64,000 nucleotides of DNA, from assembly GCF_009914755.1 (NCBI RefSeq), contig NC_060926.1; one strand, 5' to 3'. The notes beneath the pieces are model-generated. The model worked only from the letters and a program-made list of their open reading frames with translations. It ran no database searches and was not told the origin of the DNA. Below are positions 37,156 through 47,944 of the stretch, piece after piece (within the stretch, counting starts at the first letter, position 1; every line of letters starts with the position of its first letter). A program made the position numbers and the translations under genes. The DNA is from the human T2T-CHM13v2.0 reference genome, Homo sapiens.

Positions 37156-38499
37156 GTGAGCTGGCAAGTGGATAATCGCATATTTTAGTAAAACTACTTT
37201 ACTTCCCTCTTTTAAGTAGATAACGTGTGAAATCACCTTGTTTATATATGTTTGTTAATATACATGTCAACGTCTGTTTATATGTGACTTCAAAAGCTGT
37301 ATTTGGTGTTACGGAGATTTTTATAATCCCAAGCAGAAAAAACGAGCCGTATGTGATCACGTGTATATAAAGGCTTAAAGAACACTTAATCCACACCTCA
37401 GATGAGCTGAGATGAGATTATTCCTTAAATTGAAAAATGTTAATGAATAGAGTTATGCACTAAGAAATGCTTAATTAAGAACCTACACCTCTGGGGAATT
37501 ATTTTGATGATAATGATGAGAGGCAGGACGTTATATAGGAAATCTTACTTAATTTGAAATATTATGGTTATATAAAGAAAGAAAAGGAGTTTGGACCTGA
37601 ATCATACTGGGTTTTTAAGTTCTGCTCTATCACTTACTATAATAGCTGTGTAAGATAACCTGTCTGAAACGTGGAGATAATACTTGCCTTACATAATTAC
37701 TATGAGCATTTGTGTATGTGCAGGTGGGCGTGGGTGTGTATCAGACATTTATTAGAGTATACAGTAAACAGTTAATGAACTAAGGTTACTAATAGTGTTT
37801 ACTGTGGGTTGGCTATGTGCAAAAGTGCTTTGTGAATGTAATTTTATTTAATTACAGTAACTTAGAATGGCCGGTACCATTATTAATCCCTTTTTTATAA
37901 ATAAGGAAATTAAAGAAAGGTTAGGTAACTTACTCATTATTATACAGCTAGTTATTGATAGAGCTGAGATTCACACTCCGGTGGTGTAACTCCAAAGCAC
38001 TTGCCAGTATAATACATTGCTCCCAGGCAGCGAGAAATAACAAAATTGTTCCTTTTACGTACGACAGACTTCTGAAATGGTAGTAGTAGTAGTGCCCTTT
38101 TTTTTTCTCTTTTTAGCCCAGGAAAGATTTAGAATAAAATCTAGTTTAGATGAGCACATTTGTGTGATGGTTCATATAGTTAAGGCAACCCCACTAGCCT
38201 TTTGTGATAGTATCTTCTCAACACAAGCAAAATAACAGAAAATCTTTGTGAAATCAAGCTTATTAAATGTCATAAGTCATAGATAAGTATATGAAATGTC
38301 TAACGTTCAAACCTTGTTTTCTTAAAACCTTACACATCATATAGGTCCTTGTAAGAGGATAAACAAACCGGCTAGCCTTTCCTGGGGCTTTTTTAGTGAT
38401 GTGTGCAGTCAGTTATTTGGTGCCTTGTGGGTCATGATTTCCATTTCTTCTGTGTACAGGCATAAAAGATCTTCTGTTCTTATACAAGCATGTAAATCC

Positions 38500-38680
38500 A
38501 ACATTCTCATTGTCTCATTTTATTCTTGCAATGACCCTGTGAAATGTGTAGAAGCAGCACATCCTCATTTTACAATTGAGAAACATGGAGACTCCAAATG
38601 GATTATTTACAGGTTCACAAAACAGCTTTGTGGCACTGAAAGGGCGAGAGCCAAGATCTCCTGATTTCTGTTCCTGTGTT
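38500..38680 (-). mobile_element. MIR SINE (antisense)
   Basis: tctcatttt.ttcttgcaatgaccctgtga...catcctcattttaca..tgagaaac..ggagact is the MIR core. Confidence 0.7.
38552..38664 (+). CDS. RANBP2: Candidate alternative last exon (MIR-derived), coding part
   Basis: tgtag|AAGCAGCAC is in phase with the exon 18 donor and gives EAAHPHFTIEKHGDSKWIIYRFTKQLCGTERARAKIS*. AATAAA follows at 38699-38704. Confidence 0.55.
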
Positions 38681-39779
38681 CATAGATTCTTTTTCCTTAA
38701 TAAAAGTAAACATATATCAAGATGGTCCTTGTTTTTTAAAAATAAGATGATTAAAATTAAAGATTAATGAGCTCATAGGAGATACTCAGAAGTACTGAAC
38801 AGGGTGAAGAAAACTAAAAGCTAACCACCTTATTAACATTTCCTATATTTGAGAGCATTTCCTTCTAGTTCTTTCTCTATACATATAGTATTTTTTATGA
38901 GATTGTTACCATGTTACTATGTTGTGTGTAGATGAGCTAGCCTGTTTTTTAAATGTTACTTTAGTTCTGAGCATTTTTAAACTTAAATGTTTTTTGAACA
39001 TTAATGAGTTCATGGTATCCCATCACATGGAAGTACTGTAAATTCTGTTCCTTTATTTATGTTGTTTCTGGTTTATGCCATTACAAATTCTAGGACACTG
39101 TCCTAGTTTTATAGGGTATTCAGAATATTCAGTTTATGCTCTTACCACTAGTATCTGATAGTGCCATTTTCGCACTTTGCTAATGCTGACTTACTGGTTT
39201 ATAAAATCCTTTGCCAATTTGTAGGAACAAAAGTGATATCAATTTTTAAGTTTTTTTAATACTAGTCATGGTCAACAATTCATGCAAATGGCAGTTGGTA
39301 GTTTTGCCATCTTCAACGTGGGTACCTCCCAGTTGTTTGGTTTCTTGGTAAAACTCACACAAAACAGATGGAGAAGAGTTTGTATATCAACATGAATGTT
39401 AATGTGATTTTTTTAAAGCCCGCGAACACATTTGTGTTCCTTGTGATCTCCTTTGCATGAATTTGTCAGGTAATTTTTTTGACCTGAACATTCTCATAAT
39501 AGCTTCAGTTTGCCCAATGCAACCTCATCATTTTGCGGATTTTTCAAGGCTCACTTCAAAAACATGTTCCTTGAGGCCTATTAACATTTCTTTCCTAAAT
39601 TGTCTATTCATATGGTGCTTTTAAAAGTTAGATTACTTTTAGTAGATTTATTAGAGCCGCACAGTTTAGAGTCAGTAGTCAATTAAAGTCCCTACTTAAA
39701 CTTCAGACTAAGATTTTTTTTTTATTTAATATTTTATTTTTTCTTTTTGCTTTCATGCAGACAGACATCTTGCAAGACT

Positions 39780-40488
39780 TTAAGATTCTTGGGCCATTTC
39801 TGTCAGGTTGTTCTGTGTTCTGTGCCTGCTTCCTCCCCATAGTAATTTCAAAATAGCTATCCTCACCTCTGTAAGGTTTCCAAAATCAAACTTGGGCTTC
39901 TGGCTAGCCTTTTCTAGGTCTTGATTTTTCAGTGCTTTCCAGAGGCAATTGTTTGGAACCTCTTGGCACAGTTTCTGTTTCTTTTTCCATGTACAGGCAT
40001 AAAAGGTCTTTTGGTTGTTTTCTGGTAAAACTATCATAAAACAGTTCAAGCAAATGACTATTGGTAGTTTTGCCATTAACATGGGTGCCTTCTAGTCATT
40101 TTGTTTCCTGGTAAAACACACAAAACAGAGGGAGCAGACAGTTTGTACATCAGCATGAGTGTTGATGTGCTTTTTATTTTAAGCCAGGGAACACATTTTA
40201 TGTTATTTATGACATCCTGTCCATGAATTTGTCAGGTGATTTTTGAGCTGAACATTCTCAGTAATAGCTTTAGTTTACAAAATACAACCTACTCTTTCTG
40301 CAGATTTTCTAGGCCCACTTCAAATGCATTGACCATCAGATGGCATCTTGGTTCCTTACGTCCTTTCTGTGACTGAATGTCCATAATTCCACATCATACT
40401 GATCTTTCTTAGAAAAGGCAACAGTTACTTTCTTCTTTATTCCTTTTTTAATGCTTGTGAGGTAGTTGTTCTTGTTGATCACAGCAAT
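39780..40488 (-). pseudogene. RPS3A-like processed pseudogene, copy A
   Basis: Minus strand reads IAVINKNNYLTSIKKGIKKKVTVAFSKKDQYDVE, GTKMPSDG, DLEKASQ, KPKFDFG and QES*. RPS3A reads [56 protein letters not shown] and QESV*. No introns; many frameshifts. Confidence 0.85.
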
Positions 40489-40707
40489 GCTATTCTCTTA
40501 TTCTTCATGTCATATTTAGCAGTTTTTTTCTAGTTTGTCATTTGATAATCTTGATTGGTGTATTTTGATGTACAGAAATTTAAAATTTATGTAGTTAAAT
40601 CTTTCTTTAATTTCTATTGCCTTTGTATTTATAGCTCTTGCCTAGATAGTCTTAACTGTAGTATAGACTTTAACAGTGTTTTCTTTATTTTCTTTTTGTT
40701 TTTTTAG

Positions 40708-40802
40708 TTGCAACTACTGGCCCTTCAGTATATTATAGTCAGTCACCAGCATATAATTCCCAGTATCTTCTCAGACCAGCAGCTAATGTTACTCCCACAA
40801 AG
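40708..40802 (+). CDS. RANBP2: RANBP2 exon 19 (95 nt)
   Basis: ttttag|TTGCAACT ... ACAAAG|gtaaca; ATTGPSVYYSQSPAY...NVTPTK. Confidence 0.96.
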
Positions 40803-41158
40803 GTAACAAAGGAATAATTTATACATTTATAATTATTTCCTTTTTAAATTGTTTAGGGTTCCTTCAAATAAATTCAAGAGAGCAGTTCACTATTAAAACT
40901 TTTATGTCCCTTAAAATGTAGATATTTTAAATTTATCTCCAAATACAGAAATTATCCTTCTTAGTCACCTTATTTTTGTGTTAATAAGTGTGAATATTTA
41001 GAATATTTTAAAAATGGGAGTGGTGGTGGTGGATCCTTCATCGTTCTGTTTTAACAGAAATAGAACTGTAATGCCCTTGCTGACCCACTATGTGGTAAGT
41101 ACTTTCAGGCCTGATACAGCTATATATATAACAATTGATTGAAGACTCAATATTACAG

Positions 41159-41405
41159 TGGTAGTTGAATGTGACAGCTTTGAGGACAGAGTGTTGGGGT
41201 GCATTTAGACCCTTGCTCTTCTGCTTATTTTGACCACAGGCAAGTTTCTTAACCTCTCAATGCATCAGTTGCCTCATATGTAAAATGAGGATAATAATAA
41301 TACCTTAATTCATAGGGTTTTTGAGGATATTAAAATGAGATAATAATGTAAAGTGCTTAGAACAGTGCCCAGCTGGCACATTAATAAATGCTCAATAAAT
41401 GTTAC
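41159..41405 (+). mobile_element. MIR SINE
   Basis: ggcaagtttcttaacctctc...tgtaaaatgaggataataata...aaagtgcttagaacagtgcc. Confidence 0.85.
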
Positions 41406-41435
41406 CATCATCATCATCATCATCATCATCATCAT
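41406..41435. repeat. (CAT)10 microsatellite at the MIR tail
   Basis: catcatcat... read directly. Confidence 0.9.
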
Positions 41436-41575
41436 TAACATCATTTGATAAATTAGGAATGAAGAAGGTATTTATTTTATGACTTTAGCTGTAGATTTTA
41501 AGATGCTATACATAATTTTCATTATATGCCAAGTATATATGCAAGTATCTTTGTAGTAATGTGGTTTTCTCTTAA

Positions 41576-41704
41576 CCTACTTATGCCTAGTGCTCCATTA
41601 TTGGAACACTAAGCTTATGGGAGTTATTTATATCCTACTGCTCAAGGTCATTGCCAAGGTCTGATTTTTCACACAGAAAATTTGCAGCCTCTGGCATAAA
41701 CGGG
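41576..41704 (+). mobile_element. MER85 piggyBac MITE
   Basis: TTAA at 41572-41575 and 41705-41708; imperfect TIRs cctacttatgcc / ggcataaacggg; body matches recalled MER85 consensus. Confidence 0.88.
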
Positions 41705-41843
41705 TTAATGATGTGTACTACATCCCCTAATGAGATCTTCTTCACTTCATATTCATGTTTGAAGTTTGTGAGAATTGGTTTGCATTTAGTTATCTGTAGT
41801 TTTGTAGACAATCTACAAAATGTTTTAACTTTCTGTCTTTTAG

Positions 41844-44800
41844 GGCCCAGTCTATGGCATGAATAGGCTTCCACCCCAACAGCATATTTATGCCTATCCG
41901 CAACAGATGCACACACCGCCAGTGCAAAGCTCATCTGCTTGTATGTTCTCTCAGGAGATGTATGGTCCTCCTGCATTGCGTTTTGAGTCTCCTGCAACGG
42001 GAATTCTATCGCCCAGGGGTGATGATTACTTTAATTACAATGTTCAACAGACAAGCACAAATCCACCTTTGCCAGAACCAGGATATTTCACAAAACCTCC
42101 GATTGCAGCTCATGCTTCAAGATCTGCAGAATCTAAGACTATAGAATTTGGGAAAACTAATTTTGTTCAGCCCATGCCGGGTGAAGGATTAAGGCCATCT
42201 TTGCCAACACAAGCACACACAACACAGCCAACTCCTTTTAAATTTAACTCAAATTTCAAATCAAATGATGGTGACTTCACGTTTTCCTCACCACAGGTTG
42301 TGACACAGCCCCCTCCTGCAGCTTACAGTAACAGTGAAAGCCTTTTAGGTCTCCTGACTTCAGATAAACCCTTGCAAGGAGATGGCTATAGTGGAGCCAA
42401 ACCAATTCCTGGTGGTCAAACCATTGGGCCTCGAAATACATTCAATTTTGGAAGCAAAAATGTGTCTGGAATTTCATTTACAGAAAACATGGGGTCGAGT
42501 CAGCAAAAGAATTCTGGTTTTCGGCGAAGTGATGATATGTTTACTTTCCATGGTCCAGGGAAATCAGTATTTGGAACACCCACTTTAGAGACAGCAAACA
42601 AGAATCATGAGACAGATGGAGGAAGTGCCCATGGGGATGATGATGATGACGGTCCTCACTTTGAGCCTGTAGTACCTCTTCCTGATAAGATTGAAGTAAA
42701 AACTGGTGAGGAAGATGAAGAAGAATTCTTTTGCAACCGCGCGAAATTGTTTCGTTTCGATGTAGAATCCAAAGAATGGAAAGAACGTGGGATTGGCAAT
42801 GTAAAAATACTGAGGCATAAAACATCTGGTAAAATTCGCCTTCTAATGAGACGAGAGCAAGTATTGAAAATCTGTGCAAATCATTACATCAGTCCAGATA
42901 TGAAATTGACACCAAATGCTGGATCAGACAGATCTTTTGTATGGCATGCCCTTGATTATGCAGATGAGTTGCCAAAACCAGAACAACTTGCTATTAGGTT
43001 CAAAACTCCTGAGGAAGCAGCACTTTTTAAATGCAAGTTTGAAGAAGCCCAGAGCATTTTAAAAGCCCCAGGAACAAATGTAGCCATGGCGTCAAATCAG
43101 GCTGTCAGAATTGTAAAAGAACCCACAAGTCATGATAACAAGGATATTTGCAAATCTGATGCTGGAAACCTGAATTTTGAATTTCAGGTTGCAAAGAAAG
43201 AAGGGTCTTGGTGGCATTGTAACAGCTGCTCATTAAAGAATGCTTCAACTGCTAAGAAATGTGTATCATGCCAAAATCTAAACCCAAGCAATAAAGAGCT
43301 CGTTGGCCCACCATTAGCTGAAACTGTTTTTACTCCTAAAACCAGCCCAGAGAATGTTCAAGATCGATTTGCATTGGTGACTCCAAAGAAAGAAGGTCAC
43401 TGGGATTGTAGTATTTGTTTAGTAAGAAATGAACCTACTGTATCTAGGTGCATTGCGTGTCAGAATACAAAATCTGCTAACAAAAGTGGATCTTCATTTG
43501 TTCATCAAGCTTCATTTAAATTTGGCCAGGGAGATCTTCCTAAACCTATTAACAGTGATTTCAGATCTGTTTTTTCTACAAAGGAAGGACAGTGGGATTG
43601 CAGTGCATGTTTGGTACAAAATGAGGGGAGCTCTACAAAATGTGCTGCTTGTCAGAATCCGAGAAAACAGAGTCTACCTGCTACTTCTATTCCAACACCT
43701 GCCTCTTTTAAGTTTGGTACTTCAGAGACAAGTAAAACTCTAAAAAGTGGATTTGAAGACATGTTTGCTAAGAAGGAAGGACAGTGGGATTGCAGTTCAT
43801 GCTTAGTGCGAAATGAAGCAAATGCTACAAGATGTGTTGCTTGTCAGAATCCGGATAAACCAAGTCCATCTACTTCTGTTCCAGCTCCTGCCTCTTTTAA
43901 GTTTGGTACTTCAGAGACAAGCAAGGCTCCAAAGAGCGGATTTGAGGGAATGTTCACTAAGAAGGAGGGACAGTGGGATTGCAGTGTGTGCTTAGTAAGA
44001 AATGAAGCCAGTGCTACCAAATGTATTGCTTGTCAGAATCCAGGTAAACAAAATCAAACTACTTCTGCAGTTTCAACACCTGCCTCTTCAGAGACAAGCA
44101 AGGCTCCAAAGAGCGGATTTGAGGGAATGTTCACTAAGAAGGAGGGACAGTGGGATTGCAGTGTGTGCTTAGTAAGAAATGAAGCCAGTGCTACCAAATG
44201 TATTGCTTGTCAGAATCCAGGTAAACAAAATCAAACTACTTCTGCAGTTTCAACACCTGCCTCTTCAGAGACAAGCAAGGCTCCAAAGAGCGGATTTGAG
44301 GGAATGTTCACTAAGAAGGAAGGACAGTGGGATTGCAGTGTGTGCTTAGTAAGAAATGAAGCCAGTGCTACCAAATGTATTGCTTGTCAGTGTCCAAGTA
44401 AACAAAATCAAACAACTGCAATTTCAACACCTGCCTCTTCGGAGATAAGCAAGGCTCCAAAGAGTGGATTTGAAGGAATGTTCATCAGGAAAGGACAGTG
44501 GGATTGTAGTGTTTGCTGTGTACAAAATGAGAGTTCTTCCTTAAAATGTGTGGCTTGTGATGCCTCTAAACCAACTCATAAACCTATTGCAGAAGCTCCT
44601 TCAGCTTTCACACTGGGCTCAGAAATGAAGTTGCATGACTCTTCTGGAAGTCAGGTGGGAACAGGATTTAAAAGTAATTTCTCAGAAAAAGCTTCTAAGT
44701 TTGGCAATACAGAGCAAGGATTCAAATTTGGGCATGTGGATCAAGAAAATTCACCTTCATTTATGTTTCAGGGTTCTTCTAATACAGAATTTAAGTCAAC

Positions 44801-46995
44801 CAAAGAAGGATTTTCCATCCCTGTGTCTGCTGATGGATTTAAATTTGGCATTTCGGAACCAGGAAATCAAGAAAAGAAAAGTGAAAAGCCTCTTGAAAAT
44901 GGTACTGGCTTCCAGGCTCAGGATATTAGTGGCCAGAAGAATGGCCGTGGTGTGATTTTTGGCCAAACAAGTAGCACTTTTACATTTGCAGATCTTGCAA
45001 AATCAACTTCAGGAGAAGGATTTCAGTTTGGCAAAAAAGACCCCAATTTCAAGGGATTTTCAGGTGCTGGAGAAAAATTATTCTCATCACAATACGGTAA
45101 AATGGCCAATAAAGCAAACACTTCCGGTGACTTTGAGAAAGATGATGATGCCTATAAGACTGAGGACAGCGATGACATCCATTTTGAACCAGTAGTTCAA
45201 ATGCCCGAAAAAGTAGAACTTGTAACAGGAGAAGAAGATGAAAAAGTTCTGTATTCACAGCGGGTAAAACTATTTAGATTTGATGCTGAGGTAAGTCAGT
45301 GGAAAGAAAGGGGCTTGGGGAACTTAAAAATTCTCAAAAACGAGGTCAATGGCAAACTAAGAATGCTGATGCGAAGAGAACAAGTACTAAAAGTGTGTGC
45401 TAATCATTGGATAACGACTACGATGAACCTGAAGCCTCTCTCTGGATCAGATAGAGCATGGATGTGGTTAGCCAGTGATTTCTCTGATGGTGATGCCAAA
45501 CTAGAGCAGTTGGCAGCAAAATTTAAAACACCAGAGCTGGCTGAAGAATTCAAGCAGAAATTTGAGGAATGCCAGCGGCTTCTGTTAGACATACCACTTC
45601 AAACTCCCCATAAACTTGTAGATACTGGCAGAGCTGCCAAGTTAATACAGAGAGCTGAAGAAATGAAGAGTGGACTGAAAGATTTCAAAACATTTTTGAC
45701 AAATGATCAAACAAAAGTCACTGAGGAAGAAAATAAGGGTTCAGGTACAGGTGCGGCCGGTGCCTCAGACACAACAATAAAACCCAATCCTGAAAACACT
45801 GGGCCCACATTAGAATGGGATAACTATGATTTAAGGGAAGATGCTTTGGATGATAGTGTCAGTAGTAGCTCAGTACATGCTTCTCCATTGGCAAGTAGCC
45901 CTGTGAGAAAAAATCTTTTCCGTTTTGGTGAGTCAACAACAGGATTTAACTTCAGTTTTAAATCTGCTTTGAGTCCATCTAAGTCTCCTGCCAAGTTGAA
46001 TCAGAGTGGGACTTCAGTTGGCACTGATGAAGAATCTGATGTTACTCAAGAAGAAGAGAGAGATGGACAGTACTTTGAACCTGTTGTTCCTTTACCTGAT
46101 CTAGTTGAAGTATCCAGTGGTGAGGAAAATGAACAAGTTGTTTTTAGTCACAGGGCAAAACTCTACAGATATGATAAAGATGTTGGTCAATGGAAAGAAA
46201 GGGGCATTGGTGATATAAAGATTTTACAGAATTATGATAATAAGCAAGTTCGTATAGTGATGAGAAGGGACCAAGTATTAAAACTTTGTGCCAATCACAG
46301 AATAACTCCAGACATGACTTTGCAAAATATGAAAGGGACAGAAAGAGTATGGTTGTGGACTGCATGTGATTTTGCAGATGGAGAAAGAAAAGTAGAGCAT
46401 TTAGCTGTTCGTTTTAAACTACAGGATGTTGCAGACTCGTTTAAGAAAATTTTTGATGAAGCAAAAACAGCCCAGGAAAAAGATTCTTTGATAACACCTC
46501 ATGTTTCTCGGTCAAGCACTCCCAGAGAGTCACCATGTGGCAAAATTGCTGTAGCTGTATTAGAAGAAACCACAAGAGAGAGGACAGATGTTATTCAGGG
46601 TGATGATGTAGCAGATGCAACTTCAGAAGTTGAAGTGTCTAGCACATCTGAAACAACACCAAAAGCAGTGGTTTCTCCTCCAAAGTTTGTATTTGGTTCA
46701 GAGTCTGTTAAAAGCATTTTTAGTAGTGAAAAATCAAAACCATTTGCATTCGGCAACAGTTCAGCCACTGGGTCTTTGTTTGGATTTAGTTTTAATGCAC
46801 CTTTGAAAAGTAACAATAGTGAAACTAGTTCAGTAGCCCAGAGTGGATCTGAAAGCAAAGTGGAACCTAAAAAATGTGAACTGTCAAAGAACTCTGATAT
46901 CGAACAGTCTTCAGATAGCAAAGTCAAAAATCTCTTTGCTTCCTTTCCAACGGAAGAATCTTCAATCAACTACACATTTAAAACACCAGAAAAGG
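41844..46995 (+). CDS. RANBP2: RANBP2 giant exon 20 (5152 nt): RBD1, 8 zinc fingers, RBD2, RBD3, FG motifs
   Basis: ttttag|GGCCCA ... GAAAAGG|gtaagt; corresponds to ORF 41859..47042. It contains three (H/Y)FEPVV...WKERG Ran-binding domains and eight W-x-C-x2-C-x3-N-x6-C-x2-C fingers. Confidence 0.98.
43911..44438 (+). repeat. Coding tandem repeat, 177-bp units (zinc fingers 5-7)
   Basis: Units start at 43911, 44088 and 44265; the third is 174 bp. Confidence 0.95.
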
Positions 46996-47356
46996 GTAAG
47001 TACTTTGTTGTTAAAGTTAAGCACAATTTTTCTTTCTTTTAATGTTTAGCTTGATGCAGACTCTTTGTAGGATACTAATGTTGGGATATAAATGATGCTT
47101 TGTGAACACCCCCAAAATATTTGAGCAATTTTTTTTCTCCCTTAATAAGTTCACGGTGAGGTTTCAAAGAGCAAGAGAACTTAGTTTAAGACATTTCAGT
47201 AACTGGAAGATACTTTTATCATGCTAGGGCAGAGCAAAAGAACTCGGTACGGTATACGGACTCATGCTTGAATCATGCACATTAACGTGAGTCTTTTTTT
47301 AAAGTGTTCATTTTCATTTGTTCAGTTTCTTTTGTCACTCAGAAAACATGATATTG

Positions 47357-47657
47357 AGGCTGGGCACGGTGGCTCACTCCTAGAATGCCAGCACTTTGGG
47401 AGGTTGAGGTGGGCAGATCACTTGAGCTCAAGAGTTCGAGACCAGCCTGGCCAGCATGGTGAAACCCTGTTTCTACTGAAAATACAAAAATGAGCCGGGC
47501 GTCGTGGTGCGTGCCTATAATTAGCAGCTACTTAGGAGGCTGAGGCAGGAGGATCACTTGAGCACAGGAGATGGAGGTAGCAGTGAGCTGAAATCATGCC
47601 ACTGCACTCCAGCCTGACTGAGTGACTGAGACTTTGTCTCCAAAAAAAAAAAAACAA
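47357..47657 (+). mobile_element. Alu
   Basis: Sense Alu with A tail. Confidence 0.9.
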
Positions 47658-47866
47658 CGTGATATTGAGATGTTCTCATTTTATATGTTGTATGTCAGTC
47701 TTGCTCATGTATTAAATGAGCAAAGAATGAAACTACAGGGATAAATGAATATGTAAGACAATCAGATTGGTGGTATAAATTGAGGGATTCTGGCTTTTTA
47801 TGTTTTAAAAGCATATTCATTTTGTTTCCTAAAATGTTAAAAAACGAAATATTCTTTATTTTCTAG

Positions 47867-47944
47867 GATTTAATTTTAGCCTTTTTAAATCTAATCCCAT
47901 GGCCTTTTGGACTAGCACCCCTTCCTCACAGCCTGAGAGCAAAG
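47867..47944 (+). CDS. RANBP2: Candidate 78-nt in-frame cassette exon between exons 20 and 21
   Basis: ttctttattttctag|GATTTAAT ... AGCAAAG|gtatag; phase 1-1 with no stop; adds GFNFSLFKSNPMAFWTSTPSSQPESK. Confidence 0.7.

Larger units (their letters stand above)
38290..39640 (-). pseudogene. RPS3A-like processed pseudogene, copy B (fragments about 39270-39640 and 38290-38480)
   Basis: Minus-strand fragments GLKEHVFEVSL, QNDEVA, HVDIQTLLHLFCVSFTKK, MEIMT and VYPL align to RPS3A. Confidence 0.75.

Noticed and set aside
39780-40082. 100-aa minus-strand ORF as a novel antisense gene
   Set aside because: It is a frameshifted mosaic of the decayed RPS3A pseudogene.
41576-41704. Short structured intronic element that could be a snoRNA
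   Set aside because: TTAA target duplications and terminal inverted repeats identify it as MER85.
43580-44560. Regularly spaced repeats resembling a CRISPR array
   Set aside because: They are in-frame zinc-finger repeats in a eukaryotic gene, with no unique spacers or cas genes.
41859-47042. 1727-aa ORF as a standalone intronless gene
   Set aside because: It is internal exon 20; the Met is internal and the last 15 or so codons read into the intron.
41890-47049. Overlapping alternative-frame and antisense ORFs within exon 20
   Set aside because: Short shadow ORFs with no recognisable domains, as expected in a long coding exon.
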